DNA of 64,000 bases from an uncultured Myxococcales bacterium (GTDB lineage: Bacteria; Myxococcota_A; Polyangia; Polyangiales; Polyangiaceae). Of the stretch, positions 36,931 through 45,175 are shown one piece after another. Position numbers and translations under genes: made by a program. Position 1 is the first letter of the stretch. Every line of letters starts with the position of its first letter. The DNA is taken from assembly GCA_965651135.1 (NCBI GenBank), contig CBFGRJ010000001.1, positions 3,318 to 67,317 of the forward strand, given 5' to 3'. The notes beneath the pieces are model-generated. The model was not told the DNA's origin, searched no databases, and saw only the letters and a program-made list of their open reading frames with translations.

Positions 36931-38268
36931 TCAGGCCAACACACCACTCAGCGGGGCGGTCGCGAAATCGGGGTGGCCGAAGGTCTGGGTTTCGACGCCG
37001 TAAGCATTCAAGACCGCAGCCAATAGATCGTTTGCAGAAGCTGCTTCGTAGGTCACGAAGCGCCCGGTATCGATGGCTCCGCCTGCATTGCCCGCGATGA
37101 GATAGGGGATGTTGGTGAGCGAGTGGGTATTGCCGAGCGACACCTCGTTGCCCCACAAGATGGCGGTGTTGTCGAGGATGCTGCCGTCCCCTTCGGGGAT
37201 CTGGCTCAGAAGATCCATGAAGTACGCGAGCTGTTCGGCATGCCACTTGGCGCGAGCCACGAGCTGGAGCGTCGCAGTTTCGTTGCTCGGACCCGAATGC
37301 GACAGCGAATGTCCTTCGCTGAGGCTGTCGAGCCAGGGGAATCGAATGCGATTGAATCCAGTGGAAATCTGCAGGCTTGCCACTCGCGTGAGATCGCAGG
37401 CGAACGCCACGGCCAATAGCTGTAGGTGCGCCTGCATGACGAGAGGCATATCGTTCTCGCTGTTGGGGTCGAGGGTTGGTGGGGGCAACGGCTCGTCACA
37501 GCTCGCGGGCGCCTCTGCACCGACGCCGATACGGCGCTCGAGGTCGCGCACCAGCTCCAAATGCTGTGCGAGCTTTTGCCGATCGTGCGAGCCGAGCTGC
37601 CGCTCGAGCAGCTCGAACTGAGACTGAACGGCGTCGAGGACCGAGGCTCGCTGATCGGTCGGATCGTTCGGATCGATCGGTTTTGACACGAAGTTGGCAA
37701 ACAACCGCTGATAAACCTCGAGCGGATCGTTGATGGGCGGCAGGGGTTGACCAGGCCCCGCGTAGCTGATGCGAGCCTGAACGTCCGCCTCGCTGGCACG
37801 CACACCGATCTCCAGGCTCTTGAGTGGAGTTTCCAGGCCGATGTGATTCGCGATGGCTTGGTCGATGCTGATGCCATTGGCCCAACCCGCGCGCGAGCCA
37901 CAGCCGTCGACGAACTCGCCCTCGAGGAGCTCGCGACCCGTGAAGAGCGCGCCGATCCCGCGCTGGTGGGGGCCGCCAGGGCCCGTGGCCGTCACCTTGG
38001 CGTCGACCCCCTGGAAGATCAACAGCTTGTCTTTGTGGTGAGCCAGCGGTTGATGGATCTCACCCAATTCGAATTCACGCTCGCTGCCGGTGGGAAACCA
38101 GGCCTCGTGAATCGTGCCATTGGGGTTGTACATGGTGACGAAGCGCTTGGGAGGCGCCTCGCCTTCGCTTTGTGCGCGAGCGCTCAGCGACTCGAACAAC
38201 GGCAAGGCGACCACCACGCCGCCCGCGCCCTTGAGAAAATGGCGTCGTGTACTGGTTTTCCGCATCAT
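36931..38268 (-). CDS. DUF1552 domain protein with Tat-type signal
   Basis: MMRKTSTRRHFLKGAGGVVVALPLFESL is the characteristic N-terminus of the DUF1552 family. Its ATG overlaps the stop of the upstream partner gene (ATGA at 38265-38268). Confidence 0.8.
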   Translation of the reverse strand: MMRKTSTRRHFLKGAGGVVVALPLFESLSARAQSEGEAPPKRFVTMYNPNGTIHEAWFPTGSEREFELGEIHQPLAHHKDKLLIFQGVDAKVTATGPGGPHQRGIGALFTGRELLEGEFVDGCGSRAGWANGISIDQAIANHIGLETPLKSLEIGVRASEADVQARISYAGPGQPLPPINDPLEVYQRLFANFVSKPIDPNDPTDQRASVLDAVQSQFELLERQLGSHDRQKLAQHLELVRDLERRIGVGAEAPASCDEPLPPPTLDPNSENDMPLVMQAHLQLLAVAFACDLTRVASLQISTGFNRIRFPWLDSLSEGHSLSHSGPSNETATLQLVARAKWHAEQLAYFMDLLSQIPEGDGSILDNTAILWGNEVSLGNTHSLTNIPYLIAGNAGGAIDTGRFVTYEAASANDLLAAVLNAYGVETQTFGHPDFATAPLSGVLA

Positions 38269-39932
38269 TGTCCCTCCGGCATGGCGGGTCGGTAACGGAA
38301 CGCGTCAGTGAGGGTGATCGCCACCAAGAGCTCCTTGAGATCTCCGCCCGACTCCGCGAAGCGGGTCCGAGCTTGATCGAGGCTGCAGCTGTCGTCGGGT
38401 TGTTCCACGCGGCCCATGGCAAAGCGATACCAATGGGTCGCCAGGCAATCGCGCACGGCAGCACTCTGGGCCAAACGGGCGGAGAGCTCGAAAGGCTCGG
38501 TAAACGGGCCGTCGATGGTGGGATCGGGCGAGTCGACAATCGCGCCCGAGGCGTCGACGGGCAACCCATTTTCCATGCTGCGGTAGCGGCCGAACTGATC
38601 GTAGTTTTCGAGGCCGAAACCCAGCGGGTCAATCAGCTCGTGGCAGGTGGCGCAGACTGGTTCTTCCGTATGTACGGCGAAGCGCTCCCGAGTCGTGAGA
38701 CTGGGATCGGGATCGGGGGGATTGTTGTCGACGGTGGGCGGTGGAGGTTGCGGGGGATCGCAAAGGAGCTGCGCGCGGATGAACACTCCGCGCTGAATGG
38801 GCGACGACTGGTCGGCGTGAGACAAAAGAGCCATGAGCGCCGGTTGGGTGAGCAGGCCTGCTCGCTGGCCCGGCTGAGCAACGCCGACGAAGTGATCCTC
38901 CGAGTTCGAGAGCTGATACAGGTTCGCCAGCGTCGAATTCACGAAAATGAGGTCGGACGAGAACAGCTCCTCCATCGAACCGCTGCCACCCCAATAAACG
39001 AAGTCGACGAACGTCAACAGCGAGTTCTTCCATGAATCTGCTAGAGCGCCCATGTCCGTGACCGAGCTACCATCGCGCGCCAGACCATCGAAGCGATCGA
39101 GATCGAGCCATTGGCGGTGGAAGTCGGACACCATGGCGCGTGCCCGCGGCGAGGCCAGCATGCGGCGCGCTTGAGCTTCGACTTGGTCAGCCAACATCAG
39201 CTCGCCGGCATCGGCAGCTCGAAATAGCTCGTCATCGGGCATCGAATTCCACAAGAAATAGGAGAGCCGCGAGGCTATCTCGTAGTTGCCCAGGGCAATG
39301 GCCCCTGTTTCCGGCGTCGGCGCTTTGGGTGCTTCTACGCGATACAAGAACTGGGGCGCTTGAAGCATGGCTTCCAGCACCAAGCCGATGCTCGCTTCGT
39401 GGCCCAACGTGGGGGCGGCCTTGTCGTAGAGTTTACGAAATGACTCGACCTCCTCGGGCAACAACGGCCGGCGAAAGGCGCGCTTGCCGAAGTTGGTGAT
39501 GAAGTCCACGAGGCAAGTGGCGGTATCACCGCTGGGGCAGGGGGCAACGGTGTCGAGCCGCTGCGCCACGGTTCGAGCGGAGATGTCCCGCGCCGCAGCC
39601 CAATACTTCTCCACCAAAAGCGGATTGGCCTGATGCGTCTCTGCGTTGTTCTCGAAGTTCTCGACGCGGTGCTCGGGTGGAAAGTCGCTGGCCGGGGCCG
39701 TGTCGTCTCCCAACAGATCGAGCAACGTGTTGTTGTATTGAGTTCGAGTCAAAAGGCGCAGCGTAGCCGGTGCCGGGTTTGGGCCTTCGCACACCAGAGG
39801 TTGCCCAGAGTCGTTGGGTTGCTCTGGGTAGGACTTCGCCTCCTGGCGGCACGCGCTGAGCGACGTGCCGAGTATCAGAGCCGCGAGGCCTCCCACGATG
39901 GGGTGTCGCCCGGTTGCCGAAATACAGCGCAA
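38265..39932 (-). CDS. DUF1587/DUF1592/DUF1595/DUF1588/DUF1585-type protein (usual partner of DUF1552)
   Basis: LRLLTRTQYNNTLLDLLGDD is a DUF1587-like motif. VCATCHELIDPLGFGLENYDQFGRYR carries a CxxCH. Lipoprotein-like signal LILGTSLSAC. The track starts at 40046. I prefer TTG 39932 (MRCISATGRHPIVGGLAALILG), but the start is uncertain. Confidence 0.75.
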   Translation of the reverse strand: MRCISATGRHPIVGGLAALILGTSLSACRQEAKSYPEQPNDSGQPLVCEGPNPAPATLRLLTRTQYNNTLLDLLGDDTAPASDFPPEHRVENFENNAETHQANPLLVEKYWAAARDISARTVAQRLDTVAPCPSGDTATCLVDFITNFGKRAFRRPLLPEEVESFRKLYDKAAPTLGHEASIGLVLEAMLQAPQFLYRVEAPKAPTPETGAIALGNYEIASRLSYFLWNSMPDDELFRAADAGELMLADQVEAQARRMLASPRARAMVSDFHRQWLDLDRFDGLARDGSSVTDMGALADSWKNSLLTFVDFVYWGGSGSMEELFSSDLIFVNSTLANLYQLSNSEDHFVGVAQPGQRAGLLTQPALMALLSHADQSSPIQRGVFIRAQLLCDPPQPPPPTVDNNPPDPDPSLTTRERFAVHTEEPVCATCHELIDPLGFGLENYDQFGRYRSMENGLPVDASGAIVDSPDPTIDGPFTEPFELSARLAQSAAVRDCLATHWYRFAMGRVEQPDDSCSLDQARTRFAESGGDLKELLVAITLTDAFRYRPAMPEGQ

Positions 39933-40174
39933 GACGCTCTCAGGTTTACCCGTGGGGGGCGTCGAGTCAACGACTGCTGGGCCCTTGGGCCGCAGCGCCG
40001 GATCGCTGCGCAAAACGAGCACGCCCGCCCCGTTGGATTGTGGCACAGCGGCAACTTTTGACCCACCTCGCGCGCCTGATTGGGACTTGCCAGCAAGTGC
40101 GGGCTATGGGCGGCACCCAGCGAATGCCGGGCGAGCTGTGGAGCTCCTCGTTGGATGCTACGAACGGAGGACGG

Positions 40175-40663
40175 ATGAGCGCGCAAAATCTTCGCAAGAC
40201 CAGAAGGGGCAGCGCCACGCCGCGCCTACTTGCGAAGGCGCACTGGGTCGTCGGCATCGTGGTTCTGGTCGGCGCGGCTGTCTACCTGCTGTCTACTGCT
40301 AGGGCGACCCATTCCGCTCCCGCGTCGACGCTCGAGCTGCCTCGCGAGCCTCCCGTCGAGCTGTTGCACGTGCCCAACTCGGGAATTCCGTGCGAGGTCG
40401 ATCGCGTGCTCAGGGACAAGTGCCGGCGCTGCCACACCATACCCTCTCGCCACGCTGCGCCGCTCGCCCTGCTCACCTGGGACCAAGTGCACGCCGAGCG
40501 CCATGGGCAGCCCGTCTACGCGCTGATGGCCAGAGCCATTCGCACCGACTCGATGCCTTTCCGCATACCTGCGAATCCGCCGATCGAGCGGCTCACGGCA
40601 CAGGAACGAAAGACGCTGCTCGACTGGCTGGATCGAGGGGCGCCTAGGGGCGAGTGCCCCTAA
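40175..40663 (+). CDS. membrane-anchored CxxCH protein (planctomycete cytochrome-c-like, PSCyt1-type)
   Basis: ATG 40175 is preceded by GGAGG. N-terminal TM anchor (HWVVGIVVLVGAAVYLL). LRDKCRRCHT...MPF....LTAQERKTLLDWLDRGAP resembles the PSCyt1 pattern (CxxCH...MP...Ls.eE...L..Wi..GA). The track ORF from 39914 is over-extended. Confidence 0.55.
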   Translation: MSAQNLRKTRRGSATPRLLAKAHWVVGIVVLVGAAVYLLSTARATHSAPASTLELPREPPVELLHVPNSGIPCEVDRVLRDKCRRCHTIPSRHAAPLALLTWDQVHAERHGQPVYALMARAIRTDSMPFRIPANPPIERLTAQERKTLLDWLDRGAPRGECP

Positions 40664-40696
40664 CCTTTGGAGTGAGCCTGCTGTGTGCCCGTGCCC

Positions 40697-41377
40697 ATGA
40701 AAAACCGTCTCTTCGCAATCGCGCAGCAGGCTTGGCGTTGGGTCATGGCGCTGCTTTTGGCTTGTTTGCTCAAGTGCTGGGCCAAGAGCTGGCGTGTGCG
40801 TTGGGTAGGCGAAGAGCATCTGGATGTTCCGCGACGCCGCGTCTTCGCGTTTTGGCACGGACAGCAGATGGGTCTATTGGCCGCTCGCCACAGGGCCAAG
40901 TTGACCACGCTGGTGAGCTGGTCGAACGACGGTGCTCTGCAAGCGCAGGTCATGCGTCGACTCGGCCTCGGCGTGGTGCGCGGGTCGTCTTCTCGCGGGG
41001 CCGCGGTCGGCTTGTTGAGCATGATTCGTGCCGTGCGCGGCGGCAGGGATGCCGCGTTTGCCGTGGACGGCCCCAAGGGGCCCAAGCAACGAGCCAAACC
41101 GGGGGCAGTGGCGGTGGCAAACAGCAGCGGCGCGCTGCTGCTTCCGGTTGCCTCCGCTGCTCGCCGAAGCCTGCGGCTCGGGCGGGCCTGGGATGACTTC
41201 GAGATTCCATTGCCGTTCACGACCGTCGCTGTCGCGATCGGCTCGCCCGTAGACACCCAGGTTCTCGCAGACGGTGAGAAAATCCTGAGCGAAGCTATCC
41301 AAAGCGCGCGTGGAGTCGCCGAGCAAGCCTTGCTCGAAGCGCCGGCAAAGCTGGCAAACTCATTGCCTTTGTCCTGA
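40697..41377 (+). CDS. DUF374 / lysophospholipid acyltransferase family protein
   Basis: VSWSNDGALQAQVMRRLGLGVVRGSSSRGAAVGLL...AFAVDGPKGP matches the S.S.DG...RGSS...DGPrGP signature of DUF374 as I recall it. The start could be GTG 40685, GTG 40691 or ATG 40697. Confidence 0.6.
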   Translation: MKNRLFAIAQQAWRWVMALLLACLLKCWAKSWRVRWVGEEHLDVPRRRVFAFWHGQQMGLLAARHRAKLTTLVSWSNDGALQAQVMRRLGLGVVRGSSSRGAAVGLLSMIRAVRGGRDAAFAVDGPKGPKQRAKPGAVAVANSSGALLLPVASAARRSLRLGRAWDDFEIPLPFTTVAVAIGSPVDTQVLADGEKILSEAIQSARGVAEQALLEAPAKLANSLPLS

Positions 41378-41400
41378 GTGCGCACTACGCATGGCTCGGC

Positions 41401-42285
41401 ATGACTCGGCAAGTGATGATCGATGGGCGCTTGGTGGGCGAGCACGCTGCCGTGGTCAGCGTCTTCGACCGGGGCTTCTTGTATGGCGATTCGGTATTCG
41501 AGACGATTCGTACCTATGGAGGTCGCCCCTTCGAGCTCATGGAGCACCTGCGCCGGCTCGAGTGGTCAGCCGAGCGCGTATTCATTCGCCTGCCGGTGCG
41601 CCTCGAAGTACTCCGCGAAGAGGTGGAGGCGACGCTCGCCAGCGCCGGCAACGACGAAAGCTACGTGCGGGTGATGGTCACACGTGGTCAAGGGCCGATG
41701 GGCTTGGATCCCAGTACTGCCGAGCATCCACTCAGGGTCATCATCGTCGATCGGCTCCAGTCGCCGCCCGCCGAGGCTTACGAACGAGGCATTTCGGTGA
41801 TCACCTACCGGACCCAGCGCGTTGGGGACGCCACCGCTGCGGCCGGCGCGAAGGTCACCAATTACTTGGTGGCGGTGCTGGCGACGCGTGAGGCGCGCGC
41901 CCAGGGTGCCCTAGAAGCATTGATCACCGATCACACCGGCGACATAGTGGAGGGCTCGACGTCGAACGTGTTCGCCATCGTGAAGGGCAAACTGGTGACA
42001 CCTCCCGAAAGTGCCGGCATTCTACCGGGCATCACTCGGGCCCGCGTGATTCAGGCCGCCCAGGCGCTGGGTCTCACGGTGATGTACCGAGCTCTCGATC
42101 GCGAGACAATCGAGACTTGCGATGAGCTATTCGTGTGCTCGACTCTCCGCGAGCTACTCCCCGTGGTTCGTGTGGATGGCCGGCCAGTTGGTGTCGGCAC
42201 CCCGGGCCCGACGACCGTGGCATTGCTGAACGAGTTTAGGCAAAAGGTGAGACAGGACATGGGGTTTGCCGACCTCGGAACATGA
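41401..42285 (+). CDS. class IV aminotransferase (branched-chain aa / D-aa aminotransferase or ADC-lyase family)
   Basis: FDRGFLYGDSVFETIRTYGGRPF motif and a PLP Lys in AAGAKVTNYL. 294 aa. The subfamily cannot be resolved by eye. Confidence 0.8.
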   Translation: MTRQVMIDGRLVGEHAAVVSVFDRGFLYGDSVFETIRTYGGRPFELMEHLRRLEWSAERVFIRLPVRLEVLREEVEATLASAGNDESYVRVMVTRGQGPMGLDPSTAEHPLRVIIVDRLQSPPAEAYERGISVITYRTQRVGDATAAAGAKVTNYLVAVLATREARAQGALEALITDHTGDIVEGSTSNVFAIVKGKLVTPPESAGILPGITRARVIQAAQALGLTVMYRALDRETIETCDELFVCSTLRELLPVVRVDGRPVGVGTPGPTTVALLNEFRQKVRQDMGFADLGT

Positions 42286-42457
42286 CGAGGAGCGAGGTGC
42301 GAGCAGGTGAGAGGTGCGCTCACGCGAGTGCCCCGGTGAATCGAAGTCGCATGATTTCGGTCTAAGTTCTACGCTTGGTTCCAAAGCGCGATACGGCCCG
42401 GCCTTGGGGAATTTCGCGCGGCGCGCCGCGTAGAAGACTTCTAGAGAGGTTTCATCA

Positions 42458-43372
42458 ATGACAAGTGAATCTAGCCAATTGAAAGCTCTGATGCTCGGTG
42501 CTTGCACATTGGCGCTCTTTGGCGCTGCTTGCGAGGCGCGTGATTGCGATGAGGGGGATCGAGAAGGCGTCTGTTTGGTTTCCCTCGACACCTGGCATGG
42601 TGAAGTCGAGGAATTCACCGGACCCTACGAAGACGGGAAGAACGTCGTGGTCGACAGCGGCAACGGAGACATCACCGTGCGGGTCACCAACCGTGACGAC
42701 ATTTATGCGCGCTTCGAGCCGTTCGTCCAGCGTGCCCACGATATCTGCGACGGCCAGGAGGACACGGGCGACGGGCGCTGCGAAGCGATCGACGACGACC
42801 TTGCCGATCTAGAACTCATCTTCGAAGAAGAGGATGGGCACTACTTGATTCAGGCTCAACGCCACGATGCGGTGGGCACGCTGGGCGCGGACATCCTCGT
42901 CGAGCTGCCTCGCTCGTTCAGCGGCCGCCTCTCCGTGGATCAGGGATTGGGTGACGTCGACATCGAGTCCGTCGGCGATGCCGCCGCCATCGTCGTAGAG
43001 AACGATCTCGGCGATTGCAGCATAGATACCGGTGCGGCGTCCGAGATCGATGTCCGCTGTGACGGTGAAACGGATGTCTCCATTGGAGAGATCACCTCGG
43101 GCGACCGAGTTCGACAGATCTACAAGGAAGAGGGCGACCTGGGCGACATGGTGGTGCGTTTTCCGACGACGGATGCACCCTTCAATGTCCGCGCTGTATC
43201 GGCAGGCGGACCAGTCGTGTTCTCGCCTGAAAACCTAAGCAGCGTTGGTTGTGAAGCCTCCTCGTCCGACCCGCGTTCGGTCAGGATATCGTGCAACGAT
43301 GCAACCGAAGAAGACCCGACCTACGACGTGCTCAGTAAAGAGAGCCTGGTCGATGTCGCTGTGATGTTCTAG
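42458..43372 (+). CDS. acidic lipoprotein with repeated G-D-(I/V) strand motifs (possibly DUF4097-like)
   Basis: LMLGACTLALFGAAC lipobox. Repeats include SGNGDITVRV, GLGDVDIES, DLGDCSIDTG and ETDVSIGEITSG. Very Asp/Glu-rich. Confidence 0.55.
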   Translation: MTSESSQLKALMLGACTLALFGAACEARDCDEGDREGVCLVSLDTWHGEVEEFTGPYEDGKNVVVDSGNGDITVRVTNRDDIYARFEPFVQRAHDICDGQEDTGDGRCEAIDDDLADLELIFEEEDGHYLIQAQRHDAVGTLGADILVELPRSFSGRLSVDQGLGDVDIESVGDAAAIVVENDLGDCSIDTGAASEIDVRCDGETDVSIGEITSGDRVRQIYKEEGDLGDMVVRFPTTDAPFNVRAVSAGGPVVFSPENLSSVGCEASSSDPRSVRISCNDATEEDPTYDVLSKESLVDVAVMF

Positions 43373-44544
43373 TCGTCGCTGGGCGGCTCGCGGAGCTGTT
43401 CGGCATCGCCTGCCGCTGGACTATCCTCATCGCCTGCCGCAGCGCCTCTGACTGCCTGTGGCGCCTGGGGGATTGGGATCTGCAGCTTACCCTTGCCCTC
43501 GAGCAGCAGGTACACCACCGCTTTATCGAAGAAGCCGCGCAGGAACGGTACTTCGCTCGGAGGATCGGTGATCAGGCCTGCGTTCTGGATGCAGTGTATG
43601 GTGGCGGAGACCTTGAGCGCCGTGGTTTCGCCTTCACGAGCCAAAATGGATACTGCGCTGTCCTTCATTGCACCGACCAAACGTTCGCGTCGCTCCGGCG
43701 TGAAGTAGCGGTCTGTGGCGGCAATGATGGCTTGCTGCAGGAGCGCGTCCAGCTTGGACTGCTCGGGCTGTTCACCAGGGGTTAGCTGCTTGCCGACATC
43801 TTGTAGCATCGCGTCGACCGCCTCGCGTGTGGGCAACCACGTGCGAAACTCCGGCAGCGTGTGGAGCTCGGTCGAGCTCTTGTTCATCTCCCGAGCATCT
43901 TCCGGCGCCACTTCCAGCCCTTCCGTATCGAACGGATGGGGGATTTCAGTGCTGGGAGCAGGGCCGAGCAGCTCCTTGATCGAAGTGAGGCCGAGTGGCT
44001 CGATCAAGCCGCGTTCGCGCTGTCGAGCCAGGCTCTGGTGAATCCGTGCACGGGCCCACTCGATGCTCACCTCGGTGGGCTTGTAGCGTGCTTGTGGCGC
44101 GAGACCTTCCATGGCCTTCTTCAATCCGCTTTGGGAAAATTCGCCCGGTTGCACCTGGGTCACCCCATAGTCGTCGTTCAGGTACACGAACGCGGCACGA
44201 AAGCGACCGCTCGTGGAACGATGCGCGAGAACCAAGACCAAATTGAACGCGGCGTCCGGTGCCAGCAACCACGCCTTCTGGTGCTGCGCAGCCGACTCCC
44301 CTCGCATTGCCGCGGCGGGCTTTGCGTCCGGCACGGCGACTCCTCGCGCGCGCAAGGCCTTGAGGGCTCGTCGTGCTGCCCTTCGGGGTGCGCCTGCCCC
44401 TTTGGTGGAGACTTCTACCAGCGCACTTGCATTTTGGTGCTCGAACCACAGGTTCACGAGGCTGAGCGCCTGATTGCCTGCCTCGCGTAGCGCCTTCATG
44501 GCTTGGTCTTTGGTCGTAGCGGGATCTAGTGAAGGTTTCGTCAT
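43369..44544 (-). CDS. hypothetical protein (391 aa), last gene of the dnaX-recR string
   Basis: Track ORF with an ATG start 25 nt downstream of the recR stop. No motif recognised. Its stop shares the palindrome CTAG with the convergent gene. Confidence 0.5.
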   Translation of the reverse strand: MTKPSLDPATTKDQAMKALREAGNQALSLVNLWFEHQNASALVEVSTKGAGAPRRAARRALKALRARGVAVPDAKPAAAMRGESAAQHQKAWLLAPDAAFNLVLVLAHRSTSGRFRAAFVYLNDDYGVTQVQPGEFSQSGLKKAMEGLAPQARYKPTEVSIEWARARIHQSLARQRERGLIEPLGLTSIKELLGPAPSTEIPHPFDTEGLEVAPEDAREMNKSSTELHTLPEFRTWLPTREAVDAMLQDVGKQLTPGEQPEQSKLDALLQQAIIAATDRYFTPERRERLVGAMKDSAVSILAREGETTALKVSATIHCIQNAGLITDPPSEVPFLRGFFDKAVVYLLLEGKGKLQIPIPQAPQAVRGAAAGDEDSPAAGDAEQLREPPSDD

Positions 44545-44569
44545 GATGATTCAAGGTGGGGTTTTGCTG

Positions 44570-45175
44570 TCAGAGAGAACGCCTACCGTCGATGGCTCGA
44601 CCGAGCGTGATCTGATCGGCGAATTCCAGGTCGCCTCCGTGTGGCATGCCGCTGGCAATACGCGTCACGGTAACGTTCAGTGTTTCTAGCTCTCTCGCCA
44701 GGTAAAGCGCGGTGGCTTCGCCGTCCACGGACGTGGGGGTGGCCACGATGACCTCCGTCACGCCATCGTTTTCGATGCGCGATCGCAATCGGTCGAGCGG
44801 TAGGGCTTCGGGCCCGATGCCATCGAGCGGCGACAGCAGCTTGCCCAGAACGAAATAGCGCCCGCGCATCGCACCGCTGCGCTCCACGGCCATGAGGTCC
44901 TGCACGCGCGCCACGATACACAAAAGCGTGCTCGACCGCCGTGAATCGCTGCAAATCGCGCAAATCGCGGCGTTCTGCTCGTCGACTTCGGCGATGTTGC
45001 CGCAAATGTCACACGGGCGAACGAACTGTGCGAGTTCTTGCAGGCTGGTTCCGAGCGCCTCTGCCAGGTCTGGGTTCGATGTCATGGTCAGCGCGAAACG
45101 TTGTGCGGTTTTTTCTCCGACACCGGGCAGGCGGCTGAACAGGTGCACGAGGCGAGTGATGCGGCCCGGTATCAT
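44570..45175 (-). CDS. recR: recombination protein RecR
   Basis: HhH motif LPGVGEKTAQRFA, a C4 zinc finger CDICGN...CAICSD and a Toprim domain. Its ATG overlaps the dnaX stop by 1 nt (TGATG). Confidence 0.95.
   Translation of the reverse strand: MIPGRITRLVHLFSRLPGVGEKTAQRFALTMTSNPDLAEALGTSLQELAQFVRPCDICGNIAEVDEQNAAICAICSDSRRSSTLLCIVARVQDLMAVERSGAMRGRYFVLGKLLSPLDGIGPEALPLDRLRSRIENDGVTEVIVATPTSVDGEATALYLARELETLNVTVTRIASGMPHGGDLEFADQITLGRAIDGRRSL

Noticed and set aside
42417-42430. Perfect 14-nt GC-only palindrome CGCGGCGCGCCGCG in the 172-bp gap before the acidic lipoprotein gene
   Set aside because: It has no loop, so it is not a hairpin terminator, and such GC palindromes are expected by chance at this base composition. 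I found no second copy or associated motif.
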